DNA from: Octopus bimaculoides
Taxonomy: Eukaryota
Direction: 5' to 3'
Length of the DNA: 64,000 nt
NCBI RefSeq assembly: GCF_001194135.2
Contig: NC_068988.1
Coordinates: 91,512,342 to 91,576,341 of the forward strand
The stretch's first letter is position 1; every line of letters starts with the position of its first letter. The translations under genes and the position numbers were made by a program. Shown here one piece after another: positions 28,301 through 42,456 of the stretch. The notes beneath the pieces were generated by a model. The model was not told the DNA's origin, searched no databases, and was given only the letters and a program-made list of their open reading frames with translations.

Positions 28301-31300
28301 ATTTAACAATAAATTGGCACAGTTAATGAAGTCAGAGTGCATTTTCAAACTGAGTGTGGGTGCAGACTCAAATGAATTTATTCTCTTTCAAATGTTCTGT
28401 TTCTTTATCAACAGTCAATTTTGAGAATACCTATGTATTCAATTCTAAATTAATCCAAAATAATAATAATTTCTAACATTGGAAGGCCAGAACTTTTTTC
28501 CTGTGGAATAGTACAGTATAAGTGATTTTATCAATCCAGTACTTGAATATTACTTATTTTATCTATCTCAGAAGAGTGGAATGCAAAATTTACTGAAGCA
28601 CAATTTGAAATCAAAACAAAAAGGTGTTAAGTAAATACTATGAAGTTTTTTGTCTTTTGTTCCACCACTCCTGCCTATTCACCATTCTTATTTAATTTAA
28701 CAGTAAAAAAAATTTGGATTTTAGAAAAAAAACTGCATGCTAGGATACTTGTGTCTCGAGTAAAATACAAAAAAAAAGAAATGTAGTTTGTTGGTGTGCT
28801 GTATAGAATAGAATATACTTGCTTCATTTATTTTAATTCTTTACTATCAATGTAATAGAAAAAAAATGTCTTTAAAATATTATTGTTATATTTCAGGATG
28901 ATCGGGTTTTTTCATTTTTTTTTTCTTTGCCAAATAAATACACGCATTATATATTCGTTCTTCACTTGTTTATTACTATTCTTATTTTATCTTATGTCCA
29001 TTGTTCGGAAATCTTTCGTCACATATCTGTCTTCTACAATGAAAGATTTCTGGACAATGGACATAAGATAAAATAAGAACAGTAATAAACAAGTGAAGAA
29101 TGAATGTATAGTGCATGTGTTTATTTGGCAAAAAAAAAAAAAAAAAAGTTACCATCCCAAAATATACCAATATCTGNNNNNNNNNNTTTTTTTTTTTTTT
29201 TTTTTTTTTTTTATAACTTGGATGTGTATTTTAATTAGACAGTTTATGCAGATACTGAAACTGAATAAAAAAAATAGGTCCCAGTAAGATAAGCCTACAA
29301 CTCTTACCTTGGTGTATTTAGTACTACATCATGAAATTTCTAGAATTAGTTACCTGTTCTGTTGATGCTTTTGTATCTACACATCATAGAGAAGAGCTAA
29401 AACAATACAATGAGACACAGGATGTACAAGGCAGATTCAGAACAATCTTAGACTTAATTTTTGATAGGATAGGGGGTAGAGCCAGTGTATAAGACCACTG
29501 CTGGCTCTCCCAGATTATTGAGACTGATATGGTTAATATTCCTTTTGACCATTTATAGGTCAGTATCTACAGAAAATGTAAGAAAAATATGAGCAAGGAG
29601 AGAATTCCCAGTGATTACTGTTCTGTGGAGGAATAATTGCTTAAATATTATATAGTATGGAATCTAAGAAGAGAGATGGGTAGGCATGATTGAAAATGAC
29701 TTTTTAACAGTTGTTAGGTAGAACAGAGACCATTCTAATGGCCATGGCAATGATGATGATGATAAAATAGGCAGAAAATGTAAAGTGCATCTGTGAGCTA
29801 ATGGTTGCAGTGTGTTGGGGGAATTGGTTCAAAAGTGAATAGAAAACAGTAGTGTCACAGTTTTATAGTTGCAAGGTTCTAATAAAAGTAATGTTTTAAT
29901 CTTCATGAGGGCTCTTTTTAAAAAAAAAAATTTTTTTCACTCTCATGTCTCATCAGCTGAAAAAGGCAAATTCATTTCATTCTTTCTGTATTTGCAGACA
30001 AATAAGAGAGATAATCAAGAGCAGAAAAAGAGGTAGAGTAATTTTTACTTTATTTTATCTGTTTACTTATCTATTGCATATGTCTTTTTCATTCATTCAC
30101 CTGCCTTGCTCAAAGCATTATTATTTGCTAATGGAAGAGCAGTTACATATGTATATATATAAAAAACAAAGAGACAACACCAGGAAAAAACAAATGTTAT
30201 GTAATAAACTTCGTTCGCTTAGAGCTGTTTCTATTATAAGAGGTAGTGGACTCATATATATATATATAACAAATTAAATTTAAATTTAAGTTTAAATTTA
30301 AATGTTGAAGTGAATCTAACGGATTTTGTGTGTTATTTTAAATGGCTTATAAACACCTTCCACACTGCAATTGTTTTCGTTTCAGCACACGATCTCAGAT
30401 CAGGTCACTTGCTATGCAAGTGCATCTCCGTAATATATATATATATATATATGTATGTATAAATAGAGAAAAGGATAAAGAGGACAATGGCAATACATGA
30501 CTTATAATCCCCACTCTTGTTTAAACAACGAATGGGACATAACTAGCCGGTATACAGCACTTACTCGGTATTACCTGTATCTTTGGGTTTGGCTAAATCC
30601 AATACCCTTCTTAACCTTAAATATATATATATATATATATATATAAGGAAAGACACATTACATAATGTAGTCCTAGATATGCAGTGTCTAGATTAATTTA
30701 CCTGGAGGCACAGTCCTCATGGCCTAGTTCCCTTTGAAAAATTTCAAATCTCAATTCAATTCAAGTTGAAGCCATTCTACCACTTCATCAAGAATTGCAA
30801 CATTAAACTTCTAGTGAGGCAATTACAACAATAGCAAGTATCCACCAGCCAGCAATAGACTTACAGAGGTTGTATCACGGAGGAATTAGTATAGGGAGCT
30901 ATACTGAAGCTACCCTGACAGTCTATATCACCTCAACCAGACACTTCACAACATTATGTGAGCACATACATTGACTGAGTGAAATGGTTATTACTAGAAA
31001 GTTCAGTGACCCCCACTGAAGGAATTGCTATCAGGATTGTTAAACGTTGTGGAACTTCATTGGGATTGTTAAAATAGTTTGTAAAGGTAGTAGATTCGGG
31101 AGAAGGATCTTTTCAAAAAATTCGCCTTATTTTTTTTTACCAAAGTTCTCTGATGCCCCATTTAAGGATGGTACACTTGTTAAAGTTCGAGTAAATAGAA
31201 TATTGAAGTCAAGAAAACTTGGAAAAAAGATGAGCAGTCTAAAGGAAAGCATGGTGTGCATTTTGCAGTGTAATTCATGGATTCTTAGAAACATGCAAAG

Positions 31301-34280
31301 ATTCTCATTACAAGAGGTTAGGGGTAAAGATTACTGAGAGGCATAAGAATATGGGCTGCTGCTGCTGTTGCATGTCTTTGCAAGAGCTTTCCGGGCATTC
31401 CTATTTTACTTTTTTTGCCATGGAAACTTAGGTAGTTAACATCATTGAGAGTTTAGGAAAATATTTTACCGTGACATTGCAACAAATGAAAGAAGGTGCC
31501 AATGCTGCTGGGTGAGACAATACATAGCCTCTGGCTAGAATAGATGAAAATATTCGGATCTTTTTTAAAACGGGGGCCACATTTTTCATTAACGAAACAC
31601 TTTGAAACTTGGAACACTGGTAGAATGTGTCATATAAAACATCTTTTTCTCTTAGTCTTCTTAAAAAAAAAAAGAAATCCATAAGTTTTTCCATGTTAAA
31701 GTTGTTGTATTTCTGTAATTTCAACCAATCACTGACGTCCATTCAGCCAATAGACATTAAGTGCCGACTACATAAACAAACGATTCTGAAACAATTAACC
31801 CTAACCCTAACCTTAACCTTACGGTTAGGGTTAGGGTTAAAGCAAATTTAAAATGAAAAAAGCAAATAAAACGAAGGTATGGAGATTAAATACGCTTTAC
31901 ATCGCTTAATCAGCCAAAGGAGTAAATTTAAACAACTGAATACTTGTCAGTGATTGGTGGAAATTATCGAAATAAGACAAATTTTTACATGAAATAAATT
32001 CGAATACAAAAATATTTTTCTGTTCTATAACACAAAATAGATAAGTATACGAAGTTTGAAAGTCTTTCCGTACCAAAAACACTACGTAAAACATTAATGA
32101 AAAATGTGGCCCCCGTTTTAAAATAGATCCAAATATTCAAAAATGCTTCTCTTTCATATTTTCTATTAAAGCCAAGATACATTATTTGATCTAATATTAA
32201 ATCCATCCTATTTATATCTCATAATCTGTAATTAAACCTCAAATTTCTTAATTTCAGCAACACCAACACAAACAAAATACAAAAGGTAATTATTGACTCC
32301 TGTTTTCTTTCTTTTGCCTTGGTAAAAACTTAAAAGTAAATGGCTGTTCTTGGTCTTAAAATATCAATCAGTCACAATCTATTTGTCTCAAGTTGTTGAT
32401 CTTAAGGTATTAGCTGCAGTATCTCAAGATTTGTCTTGTCTGTTGAAACATATTATCTGAAGTCTTATATTGTTAATTCTGTGGAGAATAGCAGCTGCAG
32501 CATTCATTCACCATCAGTCATCATCTTACCCCAGTCATCAGCCAACCTCATATTTCCCATTATTTTTCCACCCTGTCCATTCTTTGACGTTACTTGACCA
32601 CCCTCTTTGGGGTTTTTCCATTCCTTTTGTATGGCAGAGGTTCATGCATGACCATATTTACTTGTGATAGGGGATGATCATCATATCATGCTACATAACC
32701 AAGCCATTTCATTTTCTGTTTAAAACGATAGAAAAGTTTCTGCCTTTGCAGTAATTTCTTCCTTAACACATAAAGCACAATGGGCCACAATCATGGCTGT
32801 CAGGCACAGGTTGACAGGCCACAATCGTGGCCCAGATAGATGCATTTAATTTATGGGTGTTTGTTAGGGTCTAATGTCACTCAAACGCTCTGCTACCCCA
32901 CAGAAAGCAAGGGGGCTCATAGTTCAACTAATGACTTTTCAGATGATGTAAAACTTGCCACCATTACACACTAAGAAGATATTTAAACTATTTTTTTTTG
33001 TTTTTTATGTGTGCATGATAGTCTCATTTTCATAAAATGTGCTCATTACTCCATGCTATGTAAGTGTAAATCCCAGTGCTTTATGGCTTAATGCTCATTA
33101 GTTCATTGTTCTATATATGGAATGCAAATCTCTCAGCATTTTGATTTTACTGTACAAAGCCCAGTTATAGTTTAAGATACACCTGGAGGAGAATTAGCAA
33201 ACATTATTACCAGGAAAGGTACACAAAGAAATCTTCACTATCTTTGGTAGTGCTTCACTATTCATAATAAATAAACTTTACAAAATATGTAATCAACTTT
33301 TATGCCAGCAATTTTAGACATCCACCATGGACTCTTCCTTGGTATTTACTCATCTTCTATAGCTGACAACTTTTCTATTTCAAAAAATGCCAATAAAGGA
33401 GGAAATGAGGGTTTTACAGGCCACAGTGATGTTATTGTTAGGGAGAGCAGTTATGCTGTATTTATTCAGAGTGGAGATACTTTGGTTCTTAACAGGATAA
33501 AATGTATCCACTTCATGCTGTAAAGGGATTGGCAATAGGAAAGGCATTCATCTATAAAACATTTGCCAAGACACAACAAAGATTGCAGTTTTCTCTGCTA
33601 TTGTATTAATAAATTTCACTTGCTGAAAAACCCCAGCAAATAGTAAGGTATTGCCATCCGATCCATGCTATCATAGGAAAACAAACATCGATGTTGACTA
33701 TTCTGTCGACTTTATATTTTTGATTTTATCTACAGTTAGTATATTTATTAGTATATTTACCAGTCATCCTTGGCAGCTGTTTTGCTTTTTATTTAATTTC
33801 ATTTTATATAAGACACAGGCATGGCTGATGGTTAAGAAGCTTGCTTCCTAACAATATGGTTTCAGATTCAATTGCACTGTGTGATAACTTGGGCAAATGA
33901 GTGGATTTGGTAATGGAAATTGAAAGAATCTTGCTGTATATGTGTATGTGTTAGTGTCTCTTTGTCTTGACATCATCAGATAGTTGTAAACAAATGTCAC
34001 CATCATGAGGACACCACCAAGAGGTGTCCTTGTTTCCAGTCTTCTGTGAAAACATGTCTGGATATAGGGAAATATTACCTTACTAGGAAACAGGGGTCAG
34101 TTAACAAGAGCACATTCAAGCCATAGCAAATCTGCCTCAACAAATTCTATCCAACCCACGTGAGCATAGAAAAGTGGTTGTTAAAATGACAACAGTGACA
34201 ATGACGATAATGATGATTAGGCTATAATTGAACTGACTATTCTTTATTGTTAAGTAACAGGGTTTCGTTCCAGTAATCAA

Positions 34281-34311
<31 letters not shown>

Positions 34312-37300
34312 TAGATGTATATGTTTTATGTTGTTTATATATATATATACAATTCATCATATTTCTAAAGAATCTAAATATTGGTTTTAAATTTTGGCAC
34401 AATGCTGGTAAGCATTTTGCCTGGCAAGCTAATGATTCTGCTGGTTGCCACTTTAAAGAATCTGAAGAAGTTCTTAGCCTATTGTTAATAATTATAGATT
34501 TATTGTCATCTGAAAATAATAGTTTAGAAATTAATAATTATACTTTAGTGAGTTCTATATTTTAAATTGATGTTTTTTTTGTGTGTGTGTGTGGGGGGGA
34601 TGGTTATGTTAAAACTTTCGTCAACCTAAAATATTCAACCACAGAACTGAACTATTTCACTATCTTCACAAAATTTTATAGTTACTTTTGTAGATCTTAT
34701 ACTTATCATCAGCTAATTATATTTCATTTGATTAATCACATAAATTATAAACTATGAACTAAGCAGCAGTCACAATTTTCTTGAAATAATTATATTTCAA
34801 TGAATGTTTTCCTTTGGTATTTATAAATTTTCCCTTCCTAAAATCTAGTTTGATTTTCTTCCATTTCAGATATCAGTACCTTCTCTATCAGGATCCCACT
34901 TTGGTAGCAGTATAACTCAGTAAGTTGGTTAGTCATTAAGATATGTTTTTTGTTGGTAAATTGTTATTTTGCTATGACATAAATTTAGGAGCAATGATAA
35001 CTTACGAACCAAAGTAAGTGTCACTAACTTTACTTAATTGTAGTTTAAAAAAAAGAGTTGTAACAGTCGAATATAGTGTGAATATGTGTTAAACAGGAGG
35101 CGCAATGGCCCAGTGGTTAGGGCAGCAGACTTGCGGTCATAGGATCGCGGTTTCGATTCCCAGACCGGGCATTGTGAGTGTTTATTGAGCGGAAACACCT
35201 AAAGCTCCACGAGGCTCCAGCAGGGGATGGTGGCGAACCCTGCTGTAGTCTTCCGCCACAACTTTCTCTCACTCTTACTTCCTGTTTCTCTTGTGCCTGT
35301 AATTCAAAGGGTCAGCCTTGTCACACTCTGTGTCACGCTGAATCTCCCTGAGAACTACGTTAAGGGTACATGTGTCTGTGGAGTGCTCAGCCACTTGCAC
35401 ATTTATTTCNNNNNNNNNNNNNNNNNNNNNNNNNNNNNNNNNNNNNNNNNNNNNNNNNNNNNNNNNNNNNNNNNNNNNNNNNNNNNNNNNNNNNNNNNNN
35501 NNNNNNNNNNNNNNNNNNNNNNNNNNNNNNNNNNNNNNNNNNNNNNNNNNNNNNNNNNNNNNNNNNNNNNNNNNNNNNNNNNNNNNNNNNNNNNNNNNNN
35601 NNNNNNNNNNNNNNNNNNNNNNNNNNNNNNNNNNNNNNNNNNNNNNNNNNNNNNNNNNNNNNNNNNNNNNNNNNNNNNNNNAAAAAAATTATGAAAATAA
35701 AATCTTAGTTAATTATACAAAATATGTACTGAAAATTCATAATGATCAAGGTAAAAATTTAACTACCACAACTGCCAGATCAGACTGGAGCCTGGGGCAG
35801 CCATCCGGTTTCACCAGTCCTCAGTCAAATCGTCCAACCCATGCTAGCATGGAAAGTGGATGTTAAACGATGATGATGAATGCATCTCAGTAAAATGTCT
35901 GTTAGTATTTTGTTTTTTTTATTCTTTCAGTCATTCATTTAGTTAGCATTTTGACATGTGTACATAATGTATTCACATTTTCTCAACTTCCTTTCCATCA
36001 ACTCTTGAATAAATTCACCCTTTTAGTTTCGTTAATTTCTGACTAGATTTAGATTATTTTAATGATACAGCTAATGTACATAGTTACTATTATATAGCTA
36101 TAATTAAAATATTGCAATTTATTCTAGTTAGTTCTTCATTATTTATAGTTTTATGATCTTAATCAGATGATCTAATCACACTTGACTGACAAATTTAAGA
36201 ACAAACTACTTTAAATAGTTTGGAATATCTAAAGCAGTAATTAAAGTTGAGGATGTATCCCTTATTTATAATATTATGTTTCTGTGGATTCATCACTCAT
36301 TTAAAAATCTCTCAATGATTGAACATTATGAATCAATTGAATCATGAAGTCAATGTATATCCTACATTCTCTAGAGTACAAACTAGCCAATACGGGAACA
36401 TTTCAGAATTAACAATAAAAAGGGAAATATATTGTCAACACCGCCTTCCTTTTTCCTTGATGAATATCTCTTTCATAGCTTTGGTTTATAGAAGTGGACC
36501 AATATAAAATGTTTTGTGCCTTGCAACATATTATCTGTTGTTGTTGGTCAACTCTGATCTAGCAAACCTATGATCGAAAGTATTCTTGTCATGACCATCC
36601 CATCTTTTATTCAGACATAATATATCTCGGACTACATTATTCATTATATTCCTCTTTTTTTTTTAAGCTAAAGTGTGATTTGGAGGCAATTTAGCTGCTA
36701 TGTCTAGCAGGTCAATTAACCTTGTAAAGGCTCTCTCATTAGGTTGCATATATTTTTAATATCTAGTATGTACTATAATACATGGTGCAAGTGGGACTAC
36801 TCCAAATACTCGCTTTTGGATTTGTTGGGTATATCTGTGTCGGTTAAAAAAACATAACCTAATCAGGAAAATGTCTTCCCTAACAGATGCCTAACCAACC
36901 TCCCTACTCTATGCTCACAATATTCAAATTATAGTAATAAAACAAGTACAGAATCACTGTATTGGAATTGATAGCTTGTCAGCATTTAATTTAATGTCTA
37001 CTGTATTTCAGAATTATTCTGAACATTGGATCAACCTTTAAACATAAAACTCAAAGACAGTAAAGGCCCCCTAAAAATGTAGAACCTATAGAATACACTA
37101 CTCTTGTTACTAGGTTAATTCAGCACTGTGTATTGTTCTATACCACAAAGTATCTATCTGTTGAGTTTAGAGGTCATTGCTTTAAGCTAGAGCAATAGAT
37201 ATTGTGTTTACTTGTTTGGCTGACTATTGGTAAATTTTATTTATAGATATTTAATAATGTTAATATTTGTTGTTATTTGTCATTCTGCTTTAATCTACAT

Positions 37301-40300
37301 ATATTTTTGCCTCTGTGGGATAAATAAATTGTTGTTGTTATTATTAACAGATCCTAGTGTTTAAAAAAATACCACTCAACTGGCAATTTTTTTATCACCT
37401 CAGGAGGAATTAAGGCAAAATAGAAAATCCCACTAAGGTCAACTTTACCTTTTATCCCTTGTGGGTCAATAAAATAAAGTATTAGTTAAGTAGTGAGGTT
37501 GATTTAATCAACTAACCACTTCCCCTAGAACAGAATATGATGCAAACCCATGTCGTCCCACATTTACCTTCACCACCGCTCTGATCATCCACATCATATA
37601 ATTCAGTCAAATCTGAAATCCTAATTTTTGAGGATAAAACTGATTTGTACTGATATAGAGGATTATATCTGGCAGAATTTTTCCCTTTTAGGGGCGAATT
37701 TTTCATTTCAAATTTTTCAATTTTGATTTTGCACATCAAAATTTTACAAAAATGTCTATGAAGAGGAGTGTAAGCTCTTCTCTTCTTTACACACCACACC
37801 CTCTGTAGTCGAACAACTGCATAAAAGAAATGTCAAACGTTAACTGTCTCCACCCACTCAGTGCCTTAAAGGGCAAAGAAGAGAAGGAGAAGAAGCGTTC
37901 TGGCACATGCAGCACTAAAGAGGAAAACGAAGGCTGTTCATTGGACCGCCTTTCCAATAAACATTTCCTTGCTCTCACCACCACTATTGCTCCTACACTG
38001 GAGAGGGAGGAAGAGAGAAGTGGCAACGTGTGTACCAGTGTGACCACCAGCAACACCACCAAGGCCAACACAAGCAGCTACGACGACAACAACAACAACA
38101 ATAAGGCCAAGTGCAATGGTTTCACATCCACGGCAAAACAAACATCAGAGGAAATCAAGGTAACGATTGAAGATATAAAAAATGCAAAGGAGTTGTTAAG
38201 GAAGGACGGAAACAATGTCTTCTTTAACACTCCACAAGAATTAATACATGTAACTAACAAAAGAACAATCACCTACAAGATATTCAATATAAAACAAAAA
38301 AATAGAATGGACAACTCAACAGCAGTTGGAGATCGCTTTAAAACCAATCATCATCATCATCATCGTTTAACATCCGCTTTCCATGCTAGCATGGGTTGGA
38401 CGATTTGACTGAGGACTGGTGCAACCNNNNNNNNNNTTACCTTCCACAAGTCCTTTAACTTTCAAACTTTGACATACATCTATGAACCTTTAAAGCTTTC
38501 ATATCTGTGAACCTCAAAAATTTTTATTACCCATCAACCTATTACGGAAAATTAAAACTTGTACTCCTACCTTAATCGTATTTTAAATAGTTATTTTATT
38601 TTAATTTCTCTCATCTTCATTCCTATCCTACCATTGGCGTTACCCTGCTGTCTCATTAAAATCCAACCATGTTGCCTGAGATACACTAACACAGGAGGGT
38701 ATCATTTGAAGGAGATTTGGCTGCTATTGGTTGCAAGTCAGGTGACTGCATAAATGTTTTGTTGGAGTATCAATTGCTGAAAGAGCAACAGATGAGAGAA
38801 AAGAGTCCCCAATGTCACCCACAGAATACTGCAATCTGAGTCTATGTATCTATGTACCAACGTTTCTTTTCATCTATGTATCAACTGTCTCTCTCACTTT
38901 CTCTCTTTCTCTCTCTCTTCCTCTGTGTCCCTCCTCTCTCCTGCTTTTAATTTAACACTGTTCTATCTTAATACTGAAGAAAAGTGTGACGGACAGACAG
39001 ATGGATGCAGCTCTTATAGTATAGATTATTATTATTAATAATGAGAATTGACAAGAGCCATCATCAACAACAAGTACTAAATCTCCTTTAAAAGGAAAAT
39101 CAGAGAGGTGTCAGTTAATTTTAGCAGACATTGCTTTAGAAAACAATAAACCAGTTAGTAACTTATAAGAGGCATATCAGAGTGGGACTGCAAATGACAT
39201 GCTAGTAGTGAGAATGGCACTCGACCATTTCTTTGCCATGAAACACAAAGGCTGTAGTATCCAAGCTAGAGTCCATGCTTTGAAACACAAAGGCTCAAAA
39301 GCCATTGGCTGGGCCTGGGTAGCAGAAGCATAGCATGGAAACAAATCTAGAATTCAGTGTGTGACAGACTGCAACAGCCATGTGCTCTCCGATTCCAAAC
39401 AGACGAGCACAGTGTTTCGGCAACACTTTGCTAATCTCCTTTTGAGGAGTGGCATTCTTGAATCAGTAGGCTTTGATGCGTACCTTTATGGTATGCCATG
39501 CCTAACAGACAAGGAGATTGAGTGTTGCAAGAAACTGATTTCAGTGGAAGAAGTGGCAGATGTACTGAGCTGCTGTGTGAGACACAAATCATCAGGATTA
39601 GATGGCCTGCCCTATGAACTATACTTCCACATGTCTGACTTGTTGCTCCAGTTTTGGCAGCAGTCTACGGAAGCATTCCCAGTTGTGTGAGCTGGGGAGT
39701 CGTGACTGCTGAGGAAGGATCCAAACAAGGAGGGTGTGACTGAAAACTTTACTCAACACTGAGTTAAAGATTTTAGCTAAGATGCTCTTTAAGAGTCCGG
39801 CACTTGTTGTTGGTAGTATAGTCAGGGATGCACAAACCTGTGCAATCCCCAGTAGATCTATTCGCAACAACCTCTACCTCATGCAATACATTGTGGAATG
39901 GGTTGGGAATAGATCTGGATTTGGAGGGGCACTGGTCACTTTGGACCAGTCCAAAACTTTTGACAGGGCGGACTATCACTATCTGGTGTCTGTCCTAAAA
40001 GCTGTCAGTTTCGGTCCCGTCTTCAAAGGCTGGATCATCACAGTGTATAGTGGCATCTGCTTGATTGTCAAATTAAATGGCCACCTCTTGAATCCTTTCA
40101 CACAATTAACCAAGGATTCCCTCTCTCCTTGCTTTATATATTTTAGTTTTAGAACCCTTGCTGTGAAGGCTGGAAAATTTGAGGAGTATCCCGCTGGAAC
40201 TAGGCCACAGGACAGCTGTGTCTGCATATGCAGACAACATCACTGTCATGGTATTCAACTCTTTGGATGTAGAAACGATCGATACTATACTGAAAGAATA

Positions 40301-42423
40301 TCAGGCATGCCCAGGAACACTCATAAACCAGAACAAATGGGTAGGCCTGCAACTAGGCTCTTAGAGAGACAAGTCCGTGTGGATTAGCGGCAATATCTGT
40401 TACTTGACTGAGAGTCCAGTGAAAGTGTTTAGAGTCTGGTTCAGACCAGATCTCCAGGCAGATAAGAAATGGGAAGAGGTCATGGTTAGGGTGGCCAAAC
40501 TCACCCAGAAATGGGCAGATAGCAAGCTGTCTCTGAAATGTCAGGCAGAAATAGCAAATGCATATATCATCTTGGTAGTGTACTACTGCCTAGCTGTTGT
40601 ACCTTGTCCTAAGAAAACTCTTCCCAAATTGGAGCACTTACTTTTCTGATTCTTATGAAAGGGTCAGGTTCTGATGGTCAGAAAATCTATTTGCTGTCAA
40701 CACCCACACTGTCGTGGTCTTTAGACGCCATCTTTTATGATGTGGCATCATGCTTTGAGGCTGTCATACCTCCAGAAATATCTAAATCATTCCAATGGAG
40801 TAAACAGCAGCAATGAATATAATGGTGAACTGGTGCGGGCGTCCTTAGTGTGACACGTCCTTCCACAGCTTATCTTATTGACAGAGCTGCTGTGATAGGT
40901 CAAATGTAGACCAAGATTGGATGTTTGGCATCTAGAATGTTGCTAGGCACTCACTGCACTGTACCAGCTGGTCGAAACTGTTAGCAAGAAAACAACCCAA
41001 GATTTTTATAGGAAGTTAGTTTAAAGTATGAGCAATGATGGCCTAGGATTTGCTCTAGGTATTGACAAGAATAGTTTGAGTAGTTTCTTCTGAACAACCT
41101 TCAGGCCGAAAATCATGGACAATTTCCAAAAGTCTTTGGCATAGCAGTGCTACAGGGAGACATTGCCTGTTTGAGGCAAGCTCTTCGGGCTTGGAAGTGC
41201 CAACAGCTGAACCTGCTTGAGATGCATACCGGGGAACAAGACTATCCTGCATGCAATAATTCAATGTTCATGAATTAGAGAGTTGTGAGCTTGTGTGGAG
41301 CAGCTGCCGTTGCATGTAGGACAAATTCAGCTATCTTCCAAGTGTGTTGTGAAGATTGATGCACTACCTTCCCTTAGCAGAGAAGGAAGGCAGATCTTTC
41401 TCTGCTTAGTGGCTGTGGCAAAAGAGGTTGAGTGATGGAACTGTTTGAAAGGCTTGAAGACAGGCACTTTCTTTATCTGGCCAAGCACTCATCAATTCTT
41501 TTGAATTATCATTTGAAGAAGGAGGTGCTTCCTTCTAATGTGTTTATCAAAAGGTGGTCAACAGTGGCAAGAATGATGAGACCAAATGGACCAACTCTGA
41601 GTATGTTTTTCTAAGCAGACGGAAAGAAACTGAAAGAGGGCACTTTCCCATGCCTTAGGGATGGCAGAGTAATCCAGGATTTTTGCATGGGGTTTACCCC
41701 AAATTACCCTAAGTGGACTGTCCCACTATTGGGGATTCTAATTATATATTTGTTTATTATTTTTTTCTCTAATTTCTATTATATATCTCTCTTATATCAA
41801 TTAATGTGGTATCTCCTTTGATTGATGTAAATCCCACCTGTTTTCATATTTTCTGTTTTTATGTGCTGTAACTTGTCTTTCAATATTGTCCTCCATGTCT
41901 TGGGCCCTTGTTGCCAATAAGATAAATCATTATTATTGATTGAGAGCAGTACATACCATCAAAGTGACATTAGGGTACAAATATATCTATCATGACTACC
42001 TGCCTGATAAGGGTACACCAGGCACATACATCACAATCATATGTGCATGACATGATGGTCTTATATTGAGATAAACAGCACATGATCTTACAGGTTAGAA
42101 TTTTCTTAAGGTCCAGTAGCCCATTCCACTCAAAAGGTCCTTGAATGAGGGTTATTTAGGGCTGATAAACAAAACACTCATGTTTCCAGAGGTGAATTAT
42201 TGAAACCCCAAAGAATTCCTCTCATCACACGGCTATGAGGCTCTCCCACTATTCCTGCTCATGATCAAAGATGTATATATTGTCAGCCACTAAGAGATAA
42301 GCTCAACTGGTTATAGTCAAGCAACTGACAGGCAAATCTGTGGTATTGAGCAGAATATTTACTGCAGCCCATGACAAAGCATGTACATGTGAGAGCCATT
42401 GCCTGCTACTGCACCAGAGCTGC

Positions 42424-42456
<33 letters not shown>

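Noticed and set aside
28896-28910. Acceptor-like tttcag|gatg next to the long hairpin
   Set aside because: No downstream donor or plausible coding sequence; it runs into poly-T
31795-31840. Telomeric inverted repeats as a chromosome fusion site
   Set aside because: Only a few units, and centred within a TIR-bounded MITE
35227-35866. ORFs containing X runs (also 47833-48330, 58301-58885) and I/Y- or S/L-rich ORFs (e.g. 20988-21272, 22016-22201)
   Set aside because: Artefacts of N gaps and microsatellites
37830-38408. 192-aa ORF as a host exon or independent gene
   Set aside because: Out of phase with the exon chain, which closes without it; the C-terminus runs into a SINE; likely a LINE remnant
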